Shown one piece after another: positions 11,308 to 25,262 of a stretch of 64,000 nt of DNA (position 1 is the first letter of the stretch; every line of letters starts with the position of its first letter). Below the pieces are notes generated by a model. That model was not told the origin of the DNA. It did no database searches and saw nothing but the letters and a program-made list of their open reading frames with translations. The stretch comes from Podarcis vaucheri. Its lineage: Eukaryota. The position numbers were made by a program, and so were the translations under genes. The stretch is taken from NCBI GenBank assembly GCA_965113315.1, contig OZ220374.1. One strand, written 5' to 3'.

Positions 11308-14010
11308 AAGACGTCTCTGTCCAAGATGTTGGAGAATCACCACCAGTTATAGGAGGCAGAACTGGTTCAGCGGCTTGAACCTATCTGTGTTCCTTTTGTG
11401 ATAATTTTGTGTGTGGGTGTTATTGATTTGTTTTGTTTTTGTTGTTTTTATTATGGTTGGTTTTTTGTTTGTTTGTTCCTATCTTGTATTTTTATGCTGT
11501 GAACTACCCTGAGATCTATGGATGAAGGGTGGTATATAAATTAATAAAATAAGATAGAAAGGGAGTGATGGCTTTAAGCCACTCAAGCACTGCTACAAAT
11601 CTGCTTTAGTCCCCTCTTCAGCCCCTGAGCCAATGGACACCATCTGCCTTGTGAGAAGGAAGAAGAGAAGTGAGGCAACATCAAAACCTGCAATCTGGAC
11701 CTGCTTCATTCCCTCCCCACCAGGACCCATTCCAGATCATGCCATTTATTGTACTACTTTAAAACAGCACACCACTTTGCATGCCGATCTTAAAGCTCGC
11801 ACAAATTCCCAGAGGATATGTCTACCAACGCCTGTTGGCCACAATGGCTATTTTCTATCTCCATTGCTGGAGGCAGCATGGCCCTGATTACCAGTTGCTT
11901 GGAATCACAAATGGGGAGATCGCTTTGATCCAGAAGCACTCTTCTTGTGGGTTTATGATGCATCTTGGCTGCGAGTCCTGGAGGTCCTGCTCCCTGCCTT
12001 GCAGGTCATTTTCTACCTGGTCTTGGAGGGCAGGACTGACTCCAGCTGCAAAAGCTGCGGCTGCTGAACAGACTGTGGCTGGGGTATTGTTTGGAGTTTT
12101 TTGTTGGGATGGGAGTTGTTGCTGGGTTGGTTTTTGCTTTGTATATTTTGGATCTTGTGGAAATTGTTCTGTTTTACTTACTGTTTATGACTACTTTTGT
12201 TATATTGTAGGTATGTATTTTTTTTCATGCCTTGTGCATAATTTGAACTGTGGAAAGGTAGCATACACATAAAACAATATATGAATGTATGTATGTAAAT
12301 ATAACCCAGCCATCTGTCTAGGCTTGCTAAAGTCCAGCATATGAGAAAAGCTTTTGCAATGTTATGTGTGGGCTGAAAATATTAGAATGTAATTACATAT
12401 AACTCTGTTCACCTCTGGCCCTGAATTATTCCTTCACTGCCCTTCAGTGCTCTCATCTTAATACAGCTACAGAGACCAATCATGAAAAAACTCTTCCTTG
12501 CTTATGAGCCATTCGTGGTCAAATGTGTGACCCAGTCATTCCTTTGTTAATCCTGTTATGTTACTGACATAATTATCTCCATAAGAATCCTCTTTCAAAG
12601 ATTACTGCTTACAGGTTGGAGTCCAGGAAACTTCCTTTTCCAGGCCTTCAAATATACATTGGAGTTGGAACTTTTCTCACTTCCTAAAACATGCCTCCTC
12701 CCCCATGGCTCTATTGCCACATTTTGTCAGCAAACTGCAGACTATCGTGCAGCCTAAAAATCATCAAGCTTTCTTAAGCAAAGGAATTTCTAAGCAAGCA
12801 AAATAACAAGAGACTTGGCCTTTGTCTCATTCTCACCAGACCGGATTGGCCTTTTGCCCTTGGGACAGTGGTGGCTGTTATTCATTGCAGAAGGGACACC
12901 GCAAGTGGATGGAGCCGGAACCAAAAGCAGGCAGAACCAACACTTTCTAGTTTTGTTCCCCTCCTCCTCCTCAACCAGTTCTACAAGGGCAACACATATG
13001 CTAAGGAGGAAGAAGCTTACAGCTAGTCTCACCCCCAGGACTGGTTGTAAGTAATGATGTAGGCAGGTGGGGGCTGGTTGAGCAGAGACTAAGGTTAGTG
13101 GGGCAATGCCTCGTTTGCTCACATGGCCCAGCCTCCACTACCTTGGCACTGTGATCTTACCTGGACTTGCATCTTCCAAGGAACCCAACTATATCAACAG
13201 CTGCCACCTTCAAGCTGGTACATAACATGGTGCTCTTTCTCCATTTGCAAAAATTAGAACCAAGACATACAAAAATAAGGACTGTGTAAGAGCTCAGCTG
13301 TACAGTAACAGATCACAGAAAGAAAGCCACACCACATCTGATTAATTCCATCATCTCTCTGGTTTACACAGCAAGTACACCAAAATTCCAAATTCCCTTT
13401 TCTTTGTGGATTAGCAGCAGCCTTGTATTGTGCTATACGTCTTCCTCTGAGATTGGTTCCATTAAAAAAAAACCTTTGTTTTCCTTGGCTTCTGATAAGT
13501 TATGCTGCAAAGGTGCAGATAACATTTTGACAAAGCTAGATAAGAAATTAAAATCAGATTAAACCTTATTCCATCATTTCACTTTTAAATAGCAAAGTGC
13601 ACCTTCTCTGGGGATGTTGTCTTAGCCTGTGAGAAAGCCAAACATTAAACAATGTAGTTATATTAACTTATTTACCATCCCCGCTTGCTGGCCTTTCTTT
13701 TGTTTGAAGAAGCACACAGAATGTCAGAAAGTGGGAACTTAATATATTAGTAGTCTTACAGTAGAATACCATTCAGAAAGGCAAACTGACAAACCCCAGC
13801 TATAAATTGAGTACTGTGCCAATATTTATAATTCTGTACCCCAACATGCTGAATTTTGCAACCTGCATAAATTTTGCAAATAAAACATACCTGAATCCTT
13901 TGTTGTGGGTATTCTGCTCACGGAGGTGGGGAGAAGAGGCCACACCACTGGCTTCTCTTATTTCAGCCAGCATCACAGATATGTACATCTTTTCAGCTAT
14001 AAGGACTAGG

Positions 14011-14150
14011 ACAATCTTTCCCAACCTGATGCTCAATGGATGTTTCGACCTAGAACTCCCATCAGGCCTGACCATTGGCTTTGCTGGCTGGGGCTGATGG
14101 GAGTTTAAGTTCAAAAAATTAGGGGGGGGCTCATCAGTGAGAAAGGCTGG
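14011..14150. mobile_element. Degenerate palindromic hAT-like MITE
   Basis: Arms aactcccatcag...ctgatgggagtt; same family as 37459 and 42244. Confidence 0.6.
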
Positions 14151-16079
14151 ACCAGGAACTTGCTTTTTTTCAAAATGAAATTGGAGATTCTTAAGATGCT
14201 GAATCTCCCCTCCCAATATCGTATATTGCATATTTGCTTTGCTTCCCTCGTGCCTGCCCATCCACACAAACAAAGCACCCTGGTTACAACACTTATTTAG
14301 ATGTCCATAGCACGGCCTGCTGCAGTCACCCTGGCCAACCTTTCACAGCACTAGTAAGTATATTCAAGAATCAACCCTTTAATTTTCGTTTGCTGGTGGA
14401 TAAATCCTTATGAGACAGCTTGGCTGTCCACCACCCCATTAAGTGGGGCTATTTTATAGCAGTGCAACCACTGTACTGCTACGTGCAGGGTCCATTTTGC
14501 ACAAAACTTTTAATCAGCAGATGGTGCTTATATATCAAGAAAGTCTGGCTTTATGTTTAATATTGTTTATGGAGCATGATTACTGTTTTAAAACATAATC
14601 ACTTCCACCTTTGTTTAGGTACAGTCACAGGGGACCACGATCTTCCCATTGCCACTATACCACATCGAACCCCTACTCTGCCTGCAATACAGCCTCTTCA
14701 ACTTTTAAGAATTACACACAAGGGACTTCCATATAATTTGGAGTTGGTACAGTGGTGTTAAGAAACCTGACCATGTCAGTATCTGCACATTTCCCAATAG
14801 CCCTTATGGTTCCGGAGTGGCTAGACACCTGCCTGTAGATTCCCCGGGCTGTTTCGGGTTCTTCCTCTCAAGCCTACATTACGTCCTCTTAAACAGAAAG
14901 AAAGAGGAGCAACATGGTGTTCCGTTTTCAATTCCATTTTCATGCTCGCAAGGATTCTTCTGTGAGAAATGTTTAACTCCAATAACTTAATATGCCAGGC
15001 CTCGCCTGTGCTGCCTGACAAACCCATAGCATAAGGCCTTCAAGATGCTATTGATGACAATTTTGCAAGAATATTTCAGGAAGGATGTTAACTATGCAAG
15101 ATGTTTCCATAGCAATCCTAACACTTCATTTTTATATGAACGCGACAATCTTTGGATCACTTGTCAATCTTGACTTCAGCTTATTGTAAGCTGTATCCCT
15201 TATTTCTGCTCAGCCTGTAGAGTGTTTCGTGATACTCGGAGGACTGTTGTATCAAAATAAATTGTACTGAATCTATGTTTTGACTCGTTTCTTTAAGCAA
15301 AGAAAAATCAATTTAACGTAACACTGGGGAAACAAGCCACATGGAGGATGTTCATAACCTGTGTAGCAAGATGCAATTAAAGATTTGCTTGCACAGAATA
15401 GGGTACGAAATGGAAACGTACAAATACCTGTCAAAGCCACTTTTAAGTTACACACTTCAAAATGTAGGGTGCATTTTGTAACACAGAGAAGTCCCATTTC
15501 CTACAGCTAACTTGGCTTTCTTCCTGCCAGCCATGGCTACAACTTTTTCAGACCCAGGAACCACCTTGAACGCAAACATGCCATATCTTAAATTTTTAAC
15601 CATATATTTTTATGATGGTAGGGTTCCTGTTGTGACCCACCTTAGATCAGGCCATGACCCCATCAGCTGAGGACCATTGAAAATGACAGCTCCGCATCTC
15701 ATTCTTGCATTCTTATCTGTAACGTCTAGAAATATGCAAAATGTGATTAACCTCAAGCTGTGAATTTTCCTGACCCATAAGCAACAGCTAGTTAGTGGAA
15801 CCGTGGTAATGAATATCACTGTGTTGTTTCTAAATGTTATAGATAAGGAGGAAAAGGACCCATAGGCTTGTTCCTTCAGCAGCAGCCCCTTGTGTCTGAA
15901 CATCTAGTTCCAATTCAAGGAGCAGAAGAAATGGGGGGGGGAGAGATTCACCTGAAATATATTGGGGGAAATTCCACTTGGCTGCTTTCACTTAGGACAT
16001 AGAGAGCAAGGTGAGACTTGCACAAATCAGGTCATTTAGAGCTTATTAAAAACACACATTCAGAAACAATGCTGAATGA

Positions 16080-16085
16080 TTTAAT
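16080..16085 (-). terminator. Candidate polyadenylation signal ATTAAA
   Basis: tttaat on the + strand. On the minus strand it is followed about 25-40 nt later by a GU/U-rich tract (GAATGTGTGTTTTT). Confidence 0.55.
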
Positions 16086-18773
16086 GGCATTTTCAAATTG
16101 CAACAAAGACACACATTGAACATCTAAAAAAACACAATCAAATCACCAGAATATCAGTAAACAAAAAAACAAGTGGTTCTACACTGACATACAAGTACAG
16201 GATTTTCTTCCTCTGCGGAAGTTGGTTTTCAAAGACTTAGGCATCAAAATAAGATTCTTCCGATTTCTGAAATAGGTACAGATGTTTTCATTTTCAAAAA
16301 AATGATGTGCACTGTTTGAAGACCACATATACACAGAGAAAGACAGACAGACACAGGTCTTTGTGATTTGCCCAGTGATACAGCGATCTTATGCAAAACT
16401 AAGTTTCAATACTGAAAATATGTAACAGTCACTTTCCTTCTATGTGAAATGCAAGACATAATTAAATCAATACTCACAGCAGTTATTAGAACACCTGTTC
16501 ATTATCATGTGAAGACCAGAAAATGTGAAATGTATAATTGTTTTCACTGCTACCATTCATCTACTGTTGGGACAGGCACCTGTTGCCTCAACACAACACT
16601 TAACTAACTTGCTCCTTTCAATGAAGCCAAGACATGTGGCTGAGTGGGAACAAGCATGTAGATACCTCTGCTACAGGAGGGTGGTCCTTTGGTGATATAT
16701 AAAGCTCAGTGACAGCGGGCATCAATTTCAGCGGGCTCCACTGTTGTTATTTAATATGTATTTTTAAAATGTAAAGACTCCATTTATATGAACTGTCCAT
16801 GCAACTGGCACCCATCATCTCTCACTGAAGGTGGAGAGCTATGAGCCCAAGCCACTCAATGGGTGATTCCCAAGTCAATGAAACCACTGAGAACCCAAGC
16901 TCTACCCTAAGGCAGGTCTAGACATTCTAAAGGAGTTTGCTGCATTCAACCGAAATGCCCGCAACACCCATTAGCTAGGGAGCATGTAGGCAAAACATTG
17001 TCTTTTAACAATGATAAATAAAGGAGTGATGTGGCAAGATTGCTTCTCTCTACACTGCTTCCCCATCCAGTCACTCTGTGACAAGACCCAAATAGAAGCA
17101 CATGCTGCAAAATGATATAATAAAACATGCAATAAAGCCATCCACAACTCATTTGAGTTTTGCCATCGAGTATGGGTAGAGGATGACATGGATTAGGGAA
17201 GCGAAAAGCGGTATCACTTATGGATTTTAAATCAAATTCCAAGTCGTCATCATTTACTTATCATTATACATTTGATAATATAATCACAAGCCTCAGTCAT
17301 TTACTCGTTCCAGGCTTTAGTGCTACATAGCCACTTAAGCTTTGGGATCACAGATCCTTTTGCCCACAGATCAAGCTATTCACTTATTATATGCTTCTTG
17401 CATTAATTATCTTCTCCATAAACTACTTTAACTTGTATATGACATGCTATAACGTTATGCCTCAACTTGCTATGATTTCAGCACTCTCATAAATGGTGCC
17501 TCCATTCTCTCCCCTAGAGTCAGCTTCTTAAATTCCTATTGGACAGTGCTATGGAACACAATAACTGGAGGAGGAAGAGGAGAACTGATCAAGGAAGTGT
17601 AACTCAAAGTAATGTAGGGGAATTAATTTTAAACCTTTTACAAGCAACCTACATTACCACTTTGATTAATTTGGCTCCAACCCTGAGATGTGGACAGACA
17701 GTTTAGAGAAGCACTGCCTGCCCTCAGCTGCAAATACAACATCTATGAAGGAGTCCTAATGTACGGTCTCATTAACCTTCTTCAAGACAGTTGGCTACCA
17801 GAAATGCTTGGGAATATTAATCGCACACATCAAGCTAACAACACAACTCAGGAAGAGCAAAACCCATCTAAGGACCGCCTGTCGAATGGTGTGAAACAAC
17901 ACAAGGACCTTCCTTCCAAGTTAACAAGTTATGTCTTGACAAAGTACAAGCTTGAAATTTGGTATGATTGTCTTCTACTCTTTATGACAGCACATTGGAA
18001 TGAGACCCAAAGTGTGTTATCAAGGTTAAACAGCAAGATTCATAGTAGCCCCACATTCATTTTTGAGGTAGCACACATAGTTGCAATGGCCAGGATCCAA
18101 AGAACAATGTTAGCATGACCAAGGGTTGGGGCATGTCCAACGAGCTGCCTTACTTTTGTCTTTGAACAGCAGACCCGCTCCCAAGCACAATGCCATATTA
18201 CAATCTGCTTCTGACAGGCCACTTAATTTCAAAAGTGGCTTGCCACGTTTATTGGCATGTACAACTAGTCTGATCTTTTGGATCTCTGGCATAGTGTTGT
18301 TGGCCCAAAAACAGAACATTGATGGGAGAGGTCCCATTTTGAAATATGTTAAACACAGGTGCATTCTTTTAAAAAACAACAACCCAAAAATCCTCAAGAT
18401 TTATTCTCTTTTTTATAATAAAAAAACTTCACAAAATGTAGCAATGTAAATCCTTCTTAGATATAGGCCTCACATTCTCTAGGAAATTTCATCTGCCGCT
18501 TGTGGTTTATAACAGCTGCTATAAACTAAAGTGCTTAAAAACTTGCTCAGATTGCCGTGATTATACTATTTTGTAGTTTGCAGTTATGTAAAATACCAAA
18601 ACACAGAATGGTGGCTCCAGCCAACAGGGTAAGGGTGAAACAGTTAGTTCTTGAAATGTATAGGAATATATTCAACATGGCAAACCAACATTCCATGCCC
18701 AATGCTTTAAAAAAAACTGTATTTTTTCCCTTAAATTGGGAATTGAAATAAATACTCCAATAAATAAATACAT

Positions 18774-18838
18774 TGGAGTGCTCAAATCAGACTCAAATAC
18801 TACACTGGAGTGCTCAAATCAGCAGGAGTGCTCAAATA
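18774..18838. repeat. Three copies of ggagtgctcaaat inside the putative 3'UTR
   Basis: Direct repeats visible in the sequence. Confidence 0.8.
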
Positions 18839-19321
18839 TAGATGGGAGGGGAAATCTCCACCATACTTCTGAAATTCACCCTTCATCTTAAGTTTAGCCC
18901 TATACGCTCCTTAATCACAAGGCAGATATGTAAAATGATGAGGGAAAGGCAGACTATATATTATTCACAATAAGTACACAGAATTCACATTTAAGTCAAA
19001 CATAATGCCCTACTGTTCATCTAGGCTGAATAACTTATGAACACTTATATGCTCCATAGGAAAGCCATATATCCTTCTACTCACCAGTGGATGCCAAGTT
19101 ATAAAAGTCCATATGCAAGAATCTAGCTTCTTTGAAAAGGTCACATATTTTTTCTGTACATTTCATGCAAACTGTGCACAATGTGGTAACAACATTTGCA
19201 ACACACTCCCTTTCAAGGTGCACCTTTTATGTTAACAGCAGACCAGCTTACAGGAAAGTCTGCACAAAAAAAGTCTATGGCAACAAAACTGAGGGGTCCG
19301 GGGAAGAATTCTTTCAGCATC

Positions 19322-19453
19322 TCATTTTTCCTGAAGCAAGGCAGGAATATTGATGTTCCACCCAATGGCCTGCCGATCAAATCCACAAGTGAACAGATTA
19401 CAGATCGGGTGGTCTTCACTCCATGCTGAACAGCAAACCATTCTTCTATGCCC
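19322..19453 (-). CDS. WDR37: WDR37 last coding exon ([16 protein letters not shown]...IPALLQEK*, 132 nt)
   Basis: Translated by hand. Acceptor CACAG; TGA at 19324-19322. All exons sum to 1488 nt (495 aa plus stop). Confidence 0.97.
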   Translation of the reverse strand, partial: GHRRMVCCSAWSEDHPICNLFTCGFDRQAIGWNINIPALLQEK

Positions 19454-20190
19454 CTGTGACAACAGAAATGGCTGCGTTAGAATATTGGCTCCCCTACCTG
19501 TCCCTGTCTCAAATCAGCCACTTCCCCTTTCCACCTCCAACATTTCAGAATGAAAAGGAGAAGTGCAGGGAGGTTCTGAAAGTTCTTCATGATCCTTTTT
19601 CACTCCTTGACATCTCCAACTCTGGGGGTGCAAAAGAGGTGGGGGAGGGAAAGGCTTCCAAAGTTTCCCTGCACTTCTCCTTTCCACCCTCAAGGTTGGA
19701 GGTGGGAAGGGAAAACAGGGACTTACGGTGAGTTACAACCCCTCCCTGTGTAGAAGCCCAGATTCCAGTTTATCTGAGGGAAGTACTGGAATGGAAAACA
19801 TTCATTTGCTTCTGAAATAAGAACCTGAAGGCCATGGTTCATTTCTGCGGGCCAATGGCCCCAATCGAAAAGAAGGTTCTTATTGGTACTGTGAAGTCGC
19901 ATTGTGAAATCATACTGAGATGTTCCTAGGAAGCAGTTCATAATGAAATGAATAATAGTCCTGCTTTAAAGGACAAGACTTTGAATTGGGCTCAGAAACA
20001 GGCTTAATCCAAGGCAGTTGTTTTACACTGACAACCTCTGTTCAATATATGCAACTTGACGACTGTTAAAGACATTATCTTCGGATCAGGTATTCTGCTA
20101 TCAATATTTCTAATTATGCATACACACAGAGAGAGAAAAGAGGTTGGGAGCAGGGATCTTTCTTACATATAGAACTCAAAATTCTGGTAC

Positions 20191-20305
20191 CTGTCTGTTG
20201 CTGCGAGGGAGCCGTGCTAATCGCACTCCAGACATGTCAAATAATCTAACCTGCCGGTTGTCATGTGGAAGGGCAATGATTCTTTGACCGACACAAACAT
20301 TAATC
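20191..20305 (-). CDS. WDR37: WDR37 coding exon 12 ([19 protein letters not shown]...RSNRQ, 115 nt)
   Basis: Lies within ORF 20176..20373. Acceptor TGCAG, donor GTACCA. Confidence 0.97.
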
Positions 20306-21281
20306 CTGCACAGGAGAGATAAAAATAAGCTAGGGAGCTTGACAAATGAGAACCGACAGTTGTTCAAGTTCACTGAAAATGATTTAATTGGAGGTTTATC
20401 TTGTACACATTTCCCGCAAATACATATTACTTTATTTTTACAACAAAATCAAGTACTGGAAAAGCACTTGTTTCTAAAGATGACGATGATCAAAATTCAC
20501 ACTGCCGCTGCCACCACACACAGCAATGTAGCAAGAACGTCACTGCAAGGCTTTCCTCATGCACACATGAATTTTCTTGGGTTCCCATCACCACCAAGAA
20601 CTAAGGAACATTTCAGAAGGTCATACATCCAAATAAAATGCTTTAGCTGAATGAATGAGAATCTTTGGATCAAGCCTTTGGACTTAGGCCTGTTACATAA
20701 ATTCAGTTAATTGTTCCTGCAAATTCAAATATTTTCAGTCATGCAAAACAGTTAAAAAACAAAAACAAAAATTCTAAGGTGCACCAGACTAAGAGGCCTG
20801 AAATTGGTTTTGCTTTGATGCCCACAGAATGGTCCAAAGACATATGATAGCTTTAGATCTAGAACCAAGCTCTCCACTCAAATAGGTAATGCTTCAGAGC
20901 AGCATACTCTCTTTGGGATACAAAATCAGGAACTAGTCTGTCCAACCCAGAATGCATGTGGGATCCCCACGAAGAATTTGTAACTGATTTGCACGCAATA
21001 TTCCACCTCTCTAGAATTCTCTCTCTTTGAAGAGCCCAACTCTCATGGGCACCATTCTGAACATGCTATAATAGTTTCTACAAAAACTAGGCCCCATGAC
21101 TAAAACAGTACCACTGAGATGTCTAATCAGAGTTGTTACTCTGCTGTACATGTACATCATTAATCCCAAAGACACAGCACCCATTGTGCCTAGTCTAGCA
21201 TTAGCAAAAGAAAAATAATAATAATTCATGAAAACCAAACCAATACCTCCTATATTTAACCAACTGGACTGTTTGGGCTTA

Positions 21282-21437
<156 letters not shown>

Positions 21438-23158
21438 TTAGAGCCATATTTAGCATTATTACCTAAAATAGACATGCCATTTTTCACTTTTACAATACAA
21501 CACTATTCGGCAGGGGGGGGGAGGACAGAAGCAAACTTTAAATCCAATGATTTTAAAACCCTAACAAGTGGATTACTACTGGAAACACAAAGTTTGTAGC
21601 TAAAAGTTGCAGAGCACTGAGATCAATCAACAGCATCCCTTATCAAACAAGAAGTTTAATATTTTTAACATACAAGTACATGTTAAAATAAGGCAACTGA
21701 TCTCTTTGACAAGAAATGAGACTTCATAAGACATATAAAAATCACCCTTCAGTCATAAGGAAAAAGTGGATGTCATGTTTCTATGTTATGCCTACCCTAA
21801 ATCAAGATTTTTTAAAAAAATAAAAATGCCATGTTTGAATTACTATTAGCAAATCAAGGATCAGAAGATAAAAATATGTAACCCGAGAAACCAGGAGCAT
21901 GTTATCTATTACATCTGAAAGGACAAAGACCGAGGTTTTAAGGTATTGCTTTAATTCTAGTCTACAAAGCCTTGAGCTTGTTTCCACCTACACAGCACGC
22001 TAACAAAGCCTTTCTTTCCCTCCCCTGGTTCATTACAGTGTGCTTCTTAGCTCAATTTCTATGGATCGCATTTAATGACCTATCCTGTATAGCTTGAGGG
22101 TCATGCACATCAATTGCTCAGATTTTAGTAATTTTAATTTAAGGTGTCAAGTTGCTCCTGTCACTTCTATTGTACTGTGAGAATTTGATTTCATGTCCTA
22201 GTCAGCCTACTGATTGAGATTAGTATTACCCAAGTCACAATGGACTAGTATGTGCAGGCCCTCTTAATTTAAATTGACATCAAATTAAAGTCTAATTAGA
22301 TCCAAACACCATTATGTCAGTGGTACGAAGTTTTTTAATGCTGTATCAGAGTGCCACAGGGTAATTATGTGGCAAGAACTAAAGGTCTTCACTTGAGCTT
22401 TCCGAGCCCAATACCCAATTACAGATGCCTATGCGCCTGACCTACTGTGGAGGCACAAGCAATTAAGAACAGCCACAGAATCTATGGAAGATCGCCACTT
22501 ACCATACACATTCACAGCCAGGAGAACGTCTTCGTCTCCCAAACTATATGCATTACACACGGAAATAGTCGCGCAAGCGGAGCATTTCACTGTTCCACAA
22601 CGTATGACAATAGATTTGATTCTTTCATCATGCATTAAAATTATTCATCTAGTTAAGATTTAAAAGCTTGTATTTTCGAGAAACCATTCCAAGCTCTCTG
22701 CTTTTCAACTTCTTCTGCCCAAGGACCTGAACACTTCCCCCCCCCCCCCCCCGCTTGTTTAAATTTGCATCTCAAACTGCATCCCAAAAGGTTACAGTAT
22801 AGGTTGCATGTGGTGTTGTTGTTGTTTGAAAAAGACAGAAAATACCAGAGATTAACTCTTTACTAGCAGCACCCTTATCTTATGAATGCTAGATAACCGA
22901 GAAGATCAAACACAGCTAGTATAAAGATTTCGCGCAGAAGAAGTAGATTTTTAAAACATGTAAGATTGCATTATATCACAAGTCCATTTAATCCAGCACT
23001 GCATGCTCCATCTGACAGGGGGTCTCTCCAAGGTCTACGAAAGAAGCTTTCCCCATTTTTGCTCTCTGAGGCCCTGTTTATCCAGAGATGCCAAGGACTG
23101 AACCTTGTGCATGCTAGAATGGATGACTGCCATAATTCAGTGATTTTCTCAAATGTCT

Positions 23159-23290
23159 TGTATGTATGTATGTATGTATGTATGTTTATTCAGTAAGATT
23201 TCTAACCCACCCTTCACCCTAAGGATCTTGAGTGGGTTACAACAATAGAATATGCAATTATAAAAATAACTAAAACCATTACAATTATAA
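23159..23290 (-). mobile_element. (TATG)n microsatellite plus L2-type 3' end
   Basis: tgtatgtatg... followed by atttctaacccacccttcaccctaaggatc. Confidence 0.55.
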
Positions 23291-24591
23291 TGCACATCAA
23301 ACCCCTTCCAAACGGAATGGAACGGAACAGCTGAATTGGATCTAATCAGATTTCTGTTCTATTTAAACCCCCTCTATTTCCAATTTGTGCTTGCCACTCT
23401 CCACCCGCTATTTTCCTGAAATTTTCCATTGGGCAAATGTACAACAATCATTTGAACCTCTCAGCAGCTTTGGATATCCCCTTTGGTCATATCACGGAGT
23501 GAAGTGCTGGAGTGTCATTCAAATGCAAATTACACTCTGCTCTACCACTTATTCTCAACATCTGATCCCAGGGAGGCAGTAGAGATGACAACCCAATGTC
23601 TGGCATTAGTTCAAAGTGGATTGGTGTGAACAAGAGGGAGATGCCGCTATTCAAGAGTGCTTAGAATCTGTAAGGGTTATGTGGCCTATTTTAAGTAAGG
23701 CTGCATTCGCCTTAAAGGTCTGGGTGGTTGGTTTGGGTGCTCCTTGGTGCAATAATTTCCTCACATATTCAGGTGAAGAAGACTGCCTTTTGCCAACTGG
23801 TTTACAAGCCGTAACCATTTCTAGAGGAGACAGGCCTGGCCTCAGTTATCGAAGCTAGATTACTGCAATACTATTGATGTGCAACTGCCTTTAAAAGATA
23901 GTCTGGAAACTTCATGTGATGCAAACCTCTTTACAGTAACATACTAAAACCTATTAACAAATAGGCACATGGCTGACTTTCATTTCAAAGTTAAGAGAAT
24001 GCAGTTACATTGATTTCAGATACCAGAGTAAAGTCTCAAGAATATTTATTCACCATAAATACCATGTCTTAAGCTAGGTGTGATGTGTGTATGTTGATTT
24101 GGCTGTAAATGTGTGTGTCTACTGTACATTAAAGGGTCTCATTTTGAAAAGGGGGCTCTCAATAAGTGTAATGGTCTGTTAATAATTATTACTAAAAGCT
24201 GAATAACCTTGAAGGATGTACACTTTGTATTTCTATGTAAAAGAAATACTTCCCAAAGCATTCCCAAATCTTCATGTATGAGCTTTCCTTTATCCAAAAA
24301 CTGAACACCAAGAAAATCTGTTTTCCTTGCAAGCACTTTGGAATAAATATAGTCTTTAAGAATAATAAGAGTAAAAAGCTGTAACAGGAAAATCAAAGTT
24401 TCTTATGGATCTTAAAGACTAACTCAATGCACTAATGCAATTTCTTTTAACTAGAGAGCTGGATTGGTTAAGTCATTAGAAAGATAATAACGCCACATGT
24501 GGTATCATGGAAGCTGATCTGTAACCAGCAAGAGCTGACTGTTTTTTGTCTTATAGCTCTGGACATGCTGACTCCTAGTGACTTGACTCCT

Positions 24592-24796
24592 AGGTGTCAT
24601 GGGCTTTGAAGACACTCGAACTCTGGACGCAAGGGAGAAATGTGCTAAGAGGAAGGCAAATCCACACCGTGATCAACTCCCACCAGGAAACCAATGTCCC
24701 CACTATGGAAGGACGTGTGGGTCCAGAATTGGCCTCCACAGTCACTTACGGAATCAATTGTTAAAACCGTGTTTATGGAAGACAATCTTACTTGGC
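24592..24796 (+). mobile_element. RTE-clade LINE 3' fragment (ORF C-terminus), running into the gap
   Basis: Encodes CPHYGRTCGSRIGLHSHLR, the RTE C-terminal C2H2-like motif with one Cys changed to Tyr. Confidence 0.8.
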
Positions 24797-24935
24797 NNNN
24801 NNNNNNNNNNNNNNNNNNNNNNNNNNNNNNNNNNNNNNNNNNNNNNNNNNNNNNNNNNNNNNNNNNNNNNNNNNNNNNNNNNNNNNNNNNNNNNNNNNNN
24901 NNNNNNNNNNNNNNNNNNNNNNNNNNNNNNNNNNN
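24797..24935. other. Assembly gap (139 N)
   Basis: Run of N. Confidence 1.
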
Positions 24936-25082
24936 TTAGGCTCTAATGCTTCTGAATACCAGCTGATGGAGACCAAAGGGGGGAAAGTGTTCTTGGGCTT
25001 GGGTCCTACTTGAGAGGCCATAAGAACAGGATAGCGGACTAGTTGGCCATTGGCTTGATCCAACAGGCTCTTGTTATGTTTA
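24936..25082 (+). mobile_element. CR1 LINE 3'UTR fragment
   Basis: Tail ggactagttggccattggcttgatccaacaggctcttgttatgtt. Confidence 0.65.
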
Positions 25083-25182
25083 TTTCAATTGATTGGATGG
25101 CTGCGTGGGTAGCATAAGAATATGTCCATTTTAAACCTCACTCACCTAATAAGAGTCGCCACTACCACTTCCCTGTTGACTT

Positions 25183-25262
25183 CATGCGTCTAATGAAGTG
25201 GGCTCCTGCCTACAAAAGCTTATGAACCAATAGATTTGTTAGCCGTTAAGGTTCCAGCGGAC
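25183..25262 (+). mobile_element. Penelope-like element terminal fragment with degenerate hammerhead motif
   Basis: tctaatgaagtgggctcctgcctacaaaagcttatg...atttgttagccgttaaggt. Confidence 0.65.

Larger units (their letters stand above)
16060..19321 (-). other. WDR37: Putative WDR37 3'UTR (~3.3 kb)
   Basis: AT-rich, repeat-poor stretch after the stop codon, ending at a candidate poly(A) signal. The end point is inferred. Confidence 0.55.

Noticed and set aside
1-16000. 3' exons of a neighbouring gene (ADARB2 lies downstream of WDR37 in human)
   Set aside because: No ORF resembling a deaminase or dsRNA-binding domain was recognised. AATAAA motifs near 6233 and 6514 alone are insufficient.
17690-18449. 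Longer ORFs (142 aa and 107 aa) antisense to the 3'UTR
   Set aside because: Non-ATG or weak starts, no recognisable domain, and lengths expected by chance.
18774-18838. CRISPR-like repeat-spacer pattern
   Set aside because: Eukaryotic DNA, repeats only 13-17 bp with irregular short spacers, and no cas genes.
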